The notes beneath the pieces were generated by a model that was not told where the DNA came from, made no database searches, and worked only from the letters and a program-made list of their open reading frames with translations. From assembly GCA_964549615.1 (NCBI GenBank), contig CAZJVP010000099.1, forward strand, positions 64,001-128,000: a DNA stretch of 64,000 bases. Direction: 5' to 3'. The translations under genes and the position numbers were made by a program. This DNA comes from an uncultured Thermococci archaeon (GTDB lineage Archaea > CAYQAE01 > CAYVLA01). Shown here piece after piece: positions 20,091 through 29,815 of this stretch. Every line of letters begins with the position of its first letter. Within the stretch, counting starts at the first letter, position 1.

Positions 20091-21245
20091 GTGGAGAGCT
20101 TGAGGACCGAGATCGTCCAAAGCGCCAGAGAACTCGCCGATATCGGGGTCGACTCCTTCGTGACAGATCCCATGCACACCTCATGGTACCTGATGGCGCA
20201 TGAACGATCGGGCGTCGGCAGGAGGGAACCAAGGCACATCGTTGTCCTCGATTCTTCGCGGCCCGTTGCATATGTGCCGTGCTACGTGCAGCATTCCGCA
20301 GTATACGATGATCTGGCAATCGTCCTTGCCACGCCCACGCTCCGAAGGGCAATCCGGTGGGCCGCCTTGATTGGTGCATTCCCAGGCCTGTCCCCAGCCC
20401 TTCTCTGCTCGTCCCCGGACAGCCTTTACACGACGCTGTCCATCAGCCCCGCCCTGGAGCGGTCCGAGGAGGCCAATGTGGTCAGGGCCGTGGTCGACGC
20501 CTTGTTGCAGGTGGCGAGGGACGAGGAGCTGGACGTTGTTGGTTTCATGAATCTTCCACGGAGGGAAAGCCTTCTCTGGCAGGCGCTGCCGTCCATGGGG
20601 TTCATCTACTCCAAGCGCGTACCCTCAGCGTACCTCCCCGTGAACTTTCGGACCTTTGAAGAGTACCTGAGGCTTGGAGCAAGAAAACGGCGGAAACAAT
20701 ACAAGATCGAGGTTAAAAGGGCTGCCCAGCAGGGCCTGATCATCCATGAAATCGAGGATTATTCGGGCCTTGGCGGACTGCTCTCGGATATCCTGGGCGA
20801 GACCTGGGGGGTGCGTGGTAAGACCTCGCCCTTCCCGCCCAGCTACTTTGAGTCGCTAGCCGAGCATACCAAAGGCAGGTCCTGCGTCATATCCGGATCG
20901 TTTCGCGGCGAGGTGGACGGATTCACCCTCTTGCTGTGGACCGCGGAGGAGATGTGCGCCTACCAGTACGGGGCAAGGAAGAAGGAGCGGGTTCGGCTCT
21001 CCAATCTATATTTCAACATCTGCTACAACGCCACGATTGCCAAGGCGATCTCCTTAGGAGTGAAATCGATCAGATTCGGGCCGGGCTCCCTTCACGTCAA
21101 GACCTCCAGGGGATGCCTATTGGAGGACTTAGGCATGTTCCTCAAGCCCATGAAGAGGATCCACCTACCTGCCTTCAAGGCTTTGATGCTGCGCAACAGG
21201 AGGCGAGGGAGGGCCGCGCAGGATGTCCGAGGGTTACCGGCCTAA
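20091..21245 (+). CDS. FemAB/BioF2-like tandem GNAT protein
   Basis: PVAYVPCY, YLPVNFRTFEEYL..RRKQYKIEVKR, LYFNICYNATIAKAISLG..FGPGSLHVKTSRG. Confidence 0.8.
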   Translation: MESLRTEIVQSARELADIGVDSFVTDPMHTSWYLMAHERSGVGRREPRHIVVLDSSRPVAYVPCYVQHSAVYDDLAIVLATPTLRRAIRWAALIGAFPGLSPALLCSSPDSLYTTLSISPALERSEEANVVRAVVDALLQVARDEELDVVGFMNLPRRESLLWQALPSMGFIYSKRVPSAYLPVNFRTFEEYLRLGARKRRKQYKIEVKRAAQQGLIIHEIEDYSGLGGLLSDILGETWGVRGKTSPFPPSYFESLAEHTKGRSCVISGSFRGEVDGFTLLLWTAEEMCAYQYGARKKERVRLSNLYFNICYNATIAKAISLGVKSIRFGPGSLHVKTSRGCLLEDLGMFLKPMKRIHLPAFKALMLRNRRRGRAAQDVRGLPA

Positions 21246-22390
21246 CCCGAACGCGGTGCGTAAACCTGCCCCACTTTTTCTAGATGCATGGCTAGGTCGG
21301 TGCTGCTCCGAAAGAAGCGCTCCTCGCGGCCAGACCCAAGCTGCCTCCTAGCGCGAAACACTCCCTCGACCAGCATGGACCTCGGCCCGCCCATGAAAAC
21401 CCTCGCCTTGACCCTCTGGCCAACCCCGGTTGAAAGGCGGACAAGGTAAGGGTGTGCGGTGAGGAAGTCGACGCGAGACGGCGGATGTGTTTCCCCAAAA
21501 AGTGCCTTGAGGGACTCCAGTATTACCAAGAGTCCCGGCGAGAAGGTCCCGTACTCGCAATCGTAAGACGTCTGAAGAAGATATGCCGTCTTGCCGTACC
21601 TGAGCAGCAGGGCGAATGCTATGGGTTGTTCGTCGAGGTTGAGGACGTGTAGATCCAGCCAGCCTTCATGACCCAGGAGGGCGAGCAGGTCCTCCCAAAA
21701 CCTCTCCCCCGTAAAAAGCTGCTGGCGCTTCCAACTACGCTCCGAGACCCGCCGGACAGCAGCCCACGCACTGCCCGCGGGGTCGAGCTTGCGGTATCTC
21801 TTGGTCAGCAACTCGCCAGTCTTCCTCAGCTTTTCGCTGGCTCTTCTCGCGTTCTTCCTGAGTTTTGGTCCTCTTTTCTGGTAGTAGGAATCCCACCCTC
21901 CTCGTATCTCGACGAGAGCATTCCGCCACTGGGGCGAGTATGAATACTCGATGCTCATCCCGCTATCTTGAGCCGCCGATTCCAAGAGCCTCAAGGACGG
22001 TGATGAGCCGTTCAGCGCAAAGAACTCTGCCACGGGCACGCCCGACTCGTCCCTGATCGCCTCAAGCACGGTGCGGAAAACCTCCGCCGTCCCGCCGGGC
22101 ACCAGGAAGTCGACCTCAAGCCATGGCCTAGCCACGGCGAACCTGGCCCTTCTGAGCCTGAAGATTCCTCCAGTCTCCGCGATCTGGAGAGGCGCCAGGC
22201 CCACAATGCCGGCCCTGTCCCGGAGCACTATGATGAAAGGGCGGCTAGCCGTTTCGCGGTGCTTCATCCATAGTTCGCAGAAGCTTGGGTGGACGAACGG
22301 GGCGGGCCGGCCGCACTGCTCCATCAGATCGAGCCAGGCACTTCTGATCTCCGCCGCGCCCTCCCAAGTCTTGATTACTTCAACCCTCAA
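21242..22390 (-). CDS. CelD/BcsL-like (Acetyltransf_6) GNAT
   Basis: PFVHPSFCELW, VGLAPL, GWDSYYQKRGPKLRKNARR, TSYDCEYGTFSPGLLV, VDFL. Confidence 0.85.
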   Translation of the reverse strand: MRVEVIKTWEGAAEIRSAWLDLMEQCGRPAPFVHPSFCELWMKHRETASRPFIIVLRDRAGIVGLAPLQIAETGGIFRLRRARFAVARPWLEVDFLVPGGTAEVFRTVLEAIRDESGVPVAEFFALNGSSPSLRLLESAAQDSGMSIEYSYSPQWRNALVEIRGGWDSYYQKRGPKLRKNARRASEKLRKTGELLTKRYRKLDPAGSAWAAVRRVSERSWKRQQLFTGERFWEDLLALLGHEGWLDLHVLNLDEQPIAFALLLRYGKTAYLLQTSYDCEYGTFSPGLLVILESLKALFGETHPPSRVDFLTAHPYLVRLSTGVGQRVKARVFMGGPRSMLVEGVFRARRQLGSGREERFFRSSTDLAMHLEKVGQVYAPRSG

Positions 22391-23588
22391 GACCTTCGCC
22401 TGCCGCTTCCCTGTTTTCTTCTTCTTGCTTCCCGAGGACCTTCCACTCGTCGCCGTCGGGACGTCCCCTGGCCCTCCCTTGGACGCAGCCCAAACCTCGT
22501 TCTCGGTTGCGAAGCAGTCTCCGCCGCCTCAAGCCGTCACTGAGACGAAAAGCCACCGAAAGTAGCCTGCCCCTTGGGTTTTTGGGAAAGCATCGGACTC
22601 TGAGTCTTGATTGTGTAGAGTCCGCAAGTCGTTCCAAGAAGGGATAGGTTGTAAGGAAATCCATCGTCGTCTCCAGCGACTTGTGTTGGAAACAGTCGCG
22701 CATCGCCTTGGTGGTCAGGTAGGTGCCCGGCGATAAGTGGGCGTAGTCCGAGTCGTAGGCGGTCTGCATCCAGTATATCGTTTTGTGGTGTCGAAGTAGG
22801 ACGACGAAGGCCGCGGGACGATCGTCGATGCGGAGGATATAGAGGCTCAACAAACCCTTTTCGCTCATCAATTCAATGAACTCCCTCCAGAAGCCGCCCC
22901 TGAGATAGCTCGATGGATCCTTCCAACTCTTGGCAACAATGCATTCTAGTGTCGATAGGCTTCCTTCCAACCCGTCGGGCCCGCCCGACTTCTCGATCTC
23001 CGCGCTGCCGCAACGACCCATCTTCCTGTCCACCCTCCTCATAACGTACCTCGTCCTGGCAGACCTCCTGGCAAGGTAATCCTCCCATGTTCCATCCAGA
23101 CTTACGAGTGAATTGGTCCATCTCGGGGGTCGAAGATACCCCAGAGTATATCCCTTTCTTGCGCCGAACACCTCGATCGCGGGCAGGGAGGGGGACGAAC
23201 AAGGAATTGCGAAGAGATCAAGCATGTCAAAGTCGCAATTGACCGTCGCCGCGGCGAGAACATCTGGAACCGCTCCGGCTCCGGGATGCATTAGCAGGAA
23301 ATCCGAGTCAAGCCAGGAGACCGCGACCATGAACCTGAGCCTTTTGATGGTGAGGCCCGACTTCCTGGTGGGCGCGATGCATAGAGGGGCCAGCGCCTGG
23401 GGCCTCCCCTGGTCGTCCTTGAGCATGACAACGCGAGGGATGGCTGAAGGGACTCGGTGCTTCAGCCAGAGCTTGCAGAAGTCTGGATCCGCGAAGGGCG
23501 TCGCGTTCGGAGCGTTGCGACAGATATCTAGCCATTCGCCCCTGAGGGGCTCGATCTCGCTCCACCCGTCCGCCAAGACTGCCCGCAA
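22380..23588 (-). CDS. CelD/BcsL-like (Acetyltransf_6) GNAT, tandem paralogue
   Basis: TPFADPDFCKLW, ALAPL, TWEDYLARRS, TAYDSDYAHLSPGTYL. TTG 23588 chosen from paralogue alignment and TATA spacing. Confidence 0.85.
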   Translation of the reverse strand: MRAVLADGWSEIEPLRGEWLDICRNAPNATPFADPDFCKLWLKHRVPSAIPRVVMLKDDQGRPQALAPLCIAPTRKSGLTIKRLRFMVAVSWLDSDFLLMHPGAGAVPDVLAAATVNCDFDMLDLFAIPCSSPSLPAIEVFGARKGYTLGYLRPPRWTNSLVSLDGTWEDYLARRSARTRYVMRRVDRKMGRCGSAEIEKSGGPDGLEGSLSTLECIVAKSWKDPSSYLRGGFWREFIELMSEKGLLSLYILRIDDRPAAFVVLLRHHKTIYWMQTAYDSDYAHLSPGTYLTTKAMRDCFQHKSLETTMDFLTTYPFLERLADSTQSRLRVRCFPKNPRGRLLSVAFRLSDGLRRRRLLRNRERGLGCVQGRARGRPDGDEWKVLGKQEEENREAAGEGLEG

Positions 23589-23711
23589 GACAGCAAAAAG
23601 TAGCCTCAGAAGGCTTAAAAGCCAAGTGGCCGGGCCGAATACTCGGGTTTCAACGTTTCCCATCGGTTCTGTCGGCGGCCGGGGCAAAAGAGAGGTGTTT
23701 CTGACAGCTTG

Positions 23712-24281
23712 CTAGCGCGCCTGCCGCAGCGCCTCAATTCGCCTGACCGTTCCTTCCACCACGCGTCCCACCAACCGAACCCTCATGCACGAGATGATCA
23801 TTCTTCTTACCAGAAGAAGAAATCGGTCTACTAAACCTTCCTGACGAAAGGCCTTGGCGTAGGGCACACATCCCTCCCTCCAACCTCTGAAGCTTAGCCT
23901 GCGTATTCGCACACCCAACGTGCGAACATACCACTGAGCCATCTCCTCATCCTTTGCCTCCCCCACGTAGCCCGCCCCGCCCTGGCGCCACATCATCCTT
24001 TCGGCCTCACGGCACAGCATCTCGCCCAAGCCCCTTCTCCTGTACTCAGGGCGGACGAATAGAGTGTGGACGTGATAGTACCTGCCCGATGTCCTCTCGA
24101 AGCACCTCATCCCGATCACCTTGCCCTCCCACCGGGCAACAAGCGTTGTGCTCCGCTGAATCCACCCTTCCATCCCGGGTAGGTACATGTCGTTGCATTT
24201 GAGCATCTCGATTGCCTCGGCTAGGGAATCGCTTGATGCGACCTCGATTGTTGGAGAGAAATCTGACAACTCTACACCCAA
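23712..24281 (-). CDS. GNAT N-acetyltransferase
   Basis: LVARWEGKVIG, LFVRPEYRRRGLGEML (motif A). Confidence 0.82.
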   Translation of the reverse strand: MGVELSDFSPTIEVASSDSLAEAIEMLKCNDMYLPGMEGWIQRSTTLVARWEGKVIGMRCFERTSGRYYHVHTLFVRPEYRRRGLGEMLCREAERMMWRQGGAGYVGEAKDEEMAQWYVRTLGVRIRRLSFRGWREGCVPYAKAFRQEGLVDRFLLLVRRMIISCMRVRLVGRVVEGTVRRIEALRQAR

Positions 24282-24624
24282 TTCCGGTGCGGAAATGCCG
24301 AGTAAAAGGTTTGTGGCGGATGATCGGATCCGAGCATGTCTTGATCCGCTATTTTGGAATCAGGGACGGATGCCGCATAGCGGGGCGGGCGAAAGTGAAG
24401 ATCTTGCGCACTTGGCAGGATTATCCGAAGCCACCGTGACCGGCGGAAAAGGCCGCCTGTGGAAACAGTTTGCTCCCTGCGTGTGAAGAACCACCGCCAC
24501 CAACCAAGACACCACGAGGATGCCATGAAGGGAACAACTCCGGCCGCGGCTCACCGGCTGCGAGCCACTTGCAAGTATTGCGACAAATGACAAAGATGGA
24601 CCGCCCAGCCCGGTTCCACCCCCG

Positions 24625-24886
24625 GAGAGGTCGAACCCTCCTTTCACCGACTTCAGACCGCCGGCAGCTTATGGCCCGGGCGTGCACTGGCAGGTGTGCA
24701 AAGAGGGCTTTTTGTCATTTTGGGCCTCATGCTTGCAGTCCCCATGGGTGCGGCGTGTCCGGTCCCAGGACCGATGGCAACGGCGTGATTCGCCTGCTTC
24801 ACATCGGCAAGGCATGGTTCTACCCGGGCCACCCAGCCCCCGTCCTGAGCCAGGACCCGCGCATCAACTACTACCCCGTCCCGGCC
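24625..24886 (+). pseudogene. 5' fragment of a paralogue of the 58549-59766 membrane protein
   Basis: 24741-24886 matches 58601-58746 at 143/146 nt. The upstream region is also similar. Homology stops abruptly before vapBC. Confidence 0.85.
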
Positions 24887-24943
24887 TTGCAAGGATCAGG
24901 CGCGCTCAAAGCCAACTCGACGTGGACCCGATGACCGGCTAGG

Positions 24944-25369
24944 CTATCCCGGAAGCGCCTCAAGCCTATTGACATCCCTCACAGCATCGAAGCCGCCATC
25001 AAATGAGAATATGCCGGGCAGCTTCCTATCGCGAACGATGACCACGCTTATGGCATCCGCAAAGCTCAGCTGCCTGTACGTCCTGAAGATGTGATGAGCC
25101 GCGTTGAAGATGTCGTCGTCCACGAAGAGCGTGTCCACATGGGCGGAGTTGAGCATGGCCTCCCCGACCTCGGCCGAGCGGTCAGGCCCAATCTTCCTCC
25201 TGAGATAGGTAACGACCTCCCCGAATATGTGGTTGGTTATGAAAACCCTGCCGAGTGCCCCCTCCGACACGGCCCCGACCCCGACTATGGGCTTCGGCCT
25301 CTCATGGTGTCGATCCCTCGGATTGAATGCGCCGATCCAGACCCCTGAGTCCACAAGGTACAAGCTCAC
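24944..25369 (-). CDS. vapC: VapC PIN-domain toxin
   Basis: LVDSGVWI..NPRDRHH, GEVVT, LSFADAIS, IFSFDGGFD. GTGA overlap with the antitoxin. Confidence 0.88.
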   Translation of the reverse strand: MSLYLVDSGVWIGAFNPRDRHHERPKPIVGVGAVSEGALGRVFITNHIFGEVVTYLRRKIGPDRSAEVGEAMLNSAHVDTLFVDDDIFNAAHHIFRTYRQLSFADAISVVIVRDRKLPGIFSFDGGFDAVRDVNRLEALPG

Positions 25370-25608
25370 CCGCTCCCATGGACGACCTCGTCCAGCTCCG
25401 CTGTGGCGTCGGCCTCCCTTTCCGTCGGCAGCGCGCCTATGAGCGCCTTCAGCGGATCCTCCCCGCTGGCCTTCCGCACCCTGATGTAGACCTCGTCACC
25501 AAGGATGGTCCAAACCACCTCATCGCCAGGCCCCACCCCGAACCTTTTCCGGAGCGATGCCGGCACGACCGTCTGGAAACCCTTTGACACCCTTGTCGTG
25601 GCAACCAC
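25366..25608 (-). CDS. AbrB/MazE-family antitoxin
   Basis: TRVSKGFQTVVPASLRKRFGVGPGDEVVW. Confidence 0.88.
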   Translation of the reverse strand: MVATTRVSKGFQTVVPASLRKRFGVGPGDEVVWTILGDEVYIRVRKASGEDPLKALIGALPTEREADATAELDEVVHGSG

Positions 25609-26808
25609 GGAGGCCGTCTCCTTGGGAAACGAGCAGTCTCAAAGCAGTTCAATCTTTCTCATGCCCAGCCGTGCGCTGCAGATTCATGCATGATGCGCCC
25701 TGCTTCCCCAAGGTCGCGCCAAGCTTCCAGGCATTCCCTTGTTCTGGTCGTCGACCAGCCTGGCCTGGATATGGACCCTCCTTGACTGCTGTGTCACCCG
25801 GATCGAGGCGGGTCCGTAGGCCTCCGGCATGCCGAAGAAGCGACCGTACTGCTCAAGGCTGAAGGAGACCCCTCCACCCTCACTGTGAACTTGCGGTCGT
25901 TGGATGTGACCAGGACCTGGGAGGCAGATCATCCATCACACTTGCCTCAACAACAAGCCGGACACCAAGGCGATCGCGCAGGGCAACCTGAGCTCCGGTT
26001 CCTCCAGAGCTTGGAACGATCCATCGAGGGGCTGAGCAAGGAGCCGCCGCTTCTCAGAACCTGATCCTTGGCCAAGACCGGCAGGCCTGCCAGGTGCCTT
26101 GCGAATCAGTTCCCCGCACGTCAGGCCAGGCATCGCGGTTTGTTGGATTTGCCATGGTCGAGCGCGGCCCGCACCTTGGCTTCCTGATGTGTCCTCACCC
26201 TGCCGGTTAAATATACTGAGCCCGCTTCAGCCAAGCCATATGGTAGGCCTCGCTCAGAGCCGTCCCGAACTCGCGGTACCCGACACGCGGATGGCCCAAC
26301 AACTAGGACGGCCCCCTGCCCGGCTGGTCGGGAGGCAGGGACCATGCGACCATCATGCCGGACGTATTCCCGGCGGCGGTCTGCACCACCATTGCCGTCG
26401 TGGCCTCCGACCCTAGTAAGACGGGCGGGCAAGTCTTCCCATCGAGGAGGCCCGGACAGGAAAATTGCGCCGGGTGAGTTGCCAGTTGCCACGTGCAGGC
26501 TGAAGATACCCCACCGTCGGGTTCTTCCAGCCTCCAAGAATACTCTTATCCCTGCCAGAGAAAACGGTGATCGAAACACAGGCACGAACAGAGGAAATAA
26601 GCCACCTAGGACCTGCTTATCGGGCAACCCTTCCCCCGCGCGAGGGCGCCGCCTGAGGCTCTTCAGCTGCCCATCCCAAGGCATCGATACCTCCCATCCC
26701 AACATCTGACCATCCTTTATCACCCAGCCTCCGATGGTATGGGATGTCCTCCGTCGGGGCCTTCGGGGCTGACCTGAGATGAGGGATGAAAGCTTTGGTC
26801 CGGCTGGC

Positions 26809-27861
26809 ATGATTGAGGAATGGTCGAACCAGCCCAAGGCGAATCACAGCGCGGATGACGGGCCGTCCATCAGCGTGATCATCCCTTGCAAACCATCTGA
26901 CGGGCTTCCGCCAGTAATCGAGTCTGCCTCGAAGCTGGACTACCCGAGCGACCTTTTTGAGATCCTCCTGATCAAAGGAACCAACCCCTCCCTGCAGCGC
27001 AACTTGGGGGCAAGTCTCGCCAAGGGCGACATACTGGCCTTCACTGACGATAACTGCCAGCTTCCCCCCGACTGGCTGAGACTTGCAGCCAAGCACTTCC
27101 GCGACGCTAGAGTCTCCATAGTCGGCGGTCCGAACCTGACTCCTCCGTCGGATCCCCGTCTCTCGAGGATCTTCGGCCTGGCTTGCGCGTCCAAACTGGG
27201 CACCGGCCCGATGCACAGGCGATACCGACGCACTCGGCTGCTCCCGCAGGCGGATGAAAGTGCCTTGGCACTGAGCAACCTCTTCATCCGTCGGAAGCTC
27301 TTCGACAGCGGACTGAGTTTCAGCCCTCTTCTCTTTCCAAACGAGGAGAACCAATTCATGAATGGAGCCTCGCGACAGGGGCACCGCATGGTCTACGATC
27401 CTGACATCGTGGTCTACCATCCCAGGAAGCGAAGCTGGCGGGCGTTTTCACGCCAGTTCGCTCGCTATGGCGCCGGGAGAGCGAGGCAGACCCGCATGGA
27501 CCTCGGAAGCCTGAGGCCCTTCCATCTCTTGCCCGGGGCGCTGGTCCTCGCATCGATGTTCCTACTCGTCGGGGTGTTGCTGTTTCGCCGCTTACTGCCT
27601 TGGGTTCTGCTCCTTGCGGCTGCATACATCGTCCCAATCGTCGCCGAGTCGGTTCGGATCAGTCTCCGTGAGGGCGATCCTAAAGCGGCTTGGCTGCTGA
27701 TTCCGTCATTCCTCCTCATCCACTATTCCTACGGCTTTGGATTCGTCATGGGCTTGATCTGCCCGCTCGGCAAGATCCGCGGGGCCGCCCCGACCCGGGA
27801 CGACGTCTCTCGTCTGGAGCCATCAGGCTACACATGGCCTGCTGGACAGAGGATCTCGTAG
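26809..27861 (+). CDS. GT2 with C-terminal membrane helices
   Basis: ISVIIP, QRNLGASLAKGDILAFTDDNC, VGGPNL, NEE, QFARYGAGR; three hydrophobic segments. Confidence 0.87.
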   Translation: MIEEWSNQPKANHSADDGPSISVIIPCKPSDGLPPVIESASKLDYPSDLFEILLIKGTNPSLQRNLGASLAKGDILAFTDDNCQLPPDWLRLAAKHFRDARVSIVGGPNLTPPSDPRLSRIFGLACASKLGTGPMHRRYRRTRLLPQADESALALSNLFIRRKLFDSGLSFSPLLFPNEENQFMNGASRQGHRMVYDPDIVVYHPRKRSWRAFSRQFARYGAGRARQTRMDLGSLRPFHLLPGALVLASMFLLVGVLLFRRLLPWVLLLAAAYIVPIVAESVRISLREGDPKAAWLLIPSFLLIHYSYGFGFVMGLICPLGKIRGAAPTRDDVSRLEPSGYTWPAGQRIS

Positions 27862-28683
27862 GCAGGTGACCCTGGCGCACAGGATTCCAAGGAGGCACAT
27901 CGCGGCTGATCCTAGGGATACGTCCTCTGCCACCTCAAAGATGCTGACATAGTCCACCTGTATCCACTCGTCCTGAACAAGGTCAACGTAGCCCCTGACT
28001 AAGCGGGTCCCGTCCCAGTAGATGCGGTAGTTGTCTATCCAGATTACCAGTCCCATCTCGGTGTCTGGCGGGGAATCCGTGCCGGCAACCACTCGACCGT
28101 CCACGGTGAACTGCGCCGAGCCGTCCCGCCAGACGATCCCGTACGTGTGCCAGTCACGCATATCCACTCCCTCGACGGGCTGCGTCAGCGTGATGTTGTC
28201 GTTCCTCACCGACATGACGTTAAAGCCGGGGAAAGGGTACTCCGAATGGCGCGATATGCTGATGAACCAGAGGACATTTGAAGGATTGGTCTCGCCCATT
28301 AGGTGGCCGAAGTTTCCGTTCCAGAAGCCCCATCCTCTCGTTCCGCCTCCAGCCTCGCCCGTGAGCGTATTGTCGTCGCTGCACCTGAGCCTTACTTCGA
28401 AACCTTTGTGAAGCCAGTTCAAACCTCGACCCCCCATGATGTCGTTTATCTCAGCGTCGGAGTACTCCTCGCTCGAAGATGCCGCGCTGACGTTGAGGAA
28501 GAGGTATCCGTTGCAAACCACAATTGTGCCCGTGCCTGGGTGATAGCCCCAGTACCAGTGATTATCCATGTCATCGAAGTCGTCGAAGAATATCAACCCT
28601 GAGGCGGATGTGGCGGGTCTCAGGGCCGGGCCGAGGCTGCACGCAAGTGCGGCACCCGCGATGAACAAGCCGAGAAGAACCAT
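27823..28683 (-). CDS. Exported ConA-like/GH16-fold protein with C-terminal membrane anchor
   Basis: Signal peptide, IFFDDFD, WHTYGIVWRDGSAQFTVDG, IQVDYVSIF, then VAE and a hydrophobic tail. Start uncertain (28683 or upstream). Confidence 0.68.
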   Translation of the reverse strand: MVLLGLFIAGAALACSLGPALRPATSASGLIFFDDFDDMDNHWYWGYHPGTGTIVVCNGYLFLNVSAASSSEEYSDAEINDIMGGRGLNWLHKGFEVRLRCSDDNTLTGEAGGGTRGWGFWNGNFGHLMGETNPSNVLWFISISRHSEYPFPGFNVMSVRNDNITLTQPVEGVDMRDWHTYGIVWRDGSAQFTVDGRVVAGTDSPPDTEMGLVIWIDNYRIYWDGTRLVRGYVDLVQDEWIQVDYVSIFEVAEDVSLGSAAMCLLGILCARVTCLRDPLSSRPCVA

Positions 28684-28824
28684 CGCCCTGGGTCTACCGG
28701 TGTAGCCCGATCCCGTGGGGCCCGCCTTAGGAGGCCTAGCCCCCGAGTGCGGAGAAGGGGCCCAGGTTCTCATCCAAGAACCAGCCTCTTCATCAGGTTG
28801 CGGTTTGACCAACTTTCTCGCCCA

Positions 28825-29706
28825 TCACACCTTGTTGCCTCGGGCGCTCCGAAGATCCAGGGACCTTCGGGCCCGCCGCACAATCTCGCTTGCTCTTACG
28901 ACGATGGTCCAGAAGGCGCATAGCAGTCCCGTGCCTGCGGTGGGCCGACCCAATGCCCTGAGGAGGGCCATTCTGCACCTCAGGCTCAGCCACCTGACGT
29001 ACAGCTTCTCGCTTCCGGCATTCCCCGGCGGGTCTGCGTATATCCTGGTGACGGGGACCTCGCCAACCGTTAACCCGATCCTGGCCGCTTGTCCCCACAC
29101 TTGGAAGGGCATGGCATAACCCGTCTCAGTGATCTTCAGCTTCCTAAGCGCGTCCGTCCTGTAGGCCTTGAAGCCCGTGGCGGCGTCCGTGACGCGGTAT
29201 CCAGTCATTTTCGCCACGAAACGGGCCATCTCCAAGTTTGCCTTGAGCCTGTGCGGCGCCGGCTTCCCCACGTGCGGAGAAAGATCATGATACCGGCTTC
29301 CCGACACGATATCGTACGAGACCAGTTTCTCCACCAACCTGCGCAGATCTCTCGGGTCATGTTGGCCGTCGGCATCCATGGTCACCACGCCTTTGTACGG
29401 TCCTGCAAGCGCCGCGGCGAAGCCTGTCAGAATAGCAGAACCATACCCCAGGTTGGCGTGGTGGCGAACGCCCATGAGCCTAGGCATTTCGCTGCGGAAG
29501 CGGTCGATCACCGCCCAGGTCCCGTCCGTTGAACCATCGTCCACGACAAGCACGTCTCCCCTCCACTCCTGGGCAACGAGGTCCAGGACCCTCGGGAGGC
29601 TTTCCTCTTCATTGTGGGCCGGGATGACAAGCAATGCATCTTTGTCTGCGATTGCCAGGATTTCCTGCGTGCAGGTCCCGCCCTCGGAGGACGGGCGAGC
29701 TCGCAT
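28825..29706 (-). CDS. GT2, DPM1-like
   Basis: VIPAHNEE, VVDDGSTDGT, NLGYGSAI, TMDADGQHDP, VSGSRY, TDAATGFKAY. Confidence 0.9.
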   Translation of the reverse strand: MRARPSSEGGTCTQEILAIADKDALLVIPAHNEEESLPRVLDLVAQEWRGDVLVVDDGSTDGTWAVIDRFRSEMPRLMGVRHHANLGYGSAILTGFAAALAGPYKGVVTMDADGQHDPRDLRRLVEKLVSYDIVSGSRYHDLSPHVGKPAPHRLKANLEMARFVAKMTGYRVTDAATGFKAYRTDALRKLKITETGYAMPFQVWGQAARIGLTVGEVPVTRIYADPPGNAGSEKLYVRWLSLRCRMALLRALGRPTAGTGLLCAFWTIVVRASEIVRRARRSLDLRSARGNKV

Positions 29707-29815
29707 CTCGCACAAGCGCCTACGACCAACATCTTGCTTCCGCGTGAGTTGAAGAAACTTCCTGTCGAATGATATCCATCCGGGGATCACCCACACGTTC
29801 ACCGCCCGGCACGCC

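Noticed and set aside
25690-26770. Short ORFs and a TATA-like TTAAATATA at about 26207
   Set aside because: Fragments look like gene debris (one reads PDVFPAAV, faintly like a sorting tail) but cannot be assigned.
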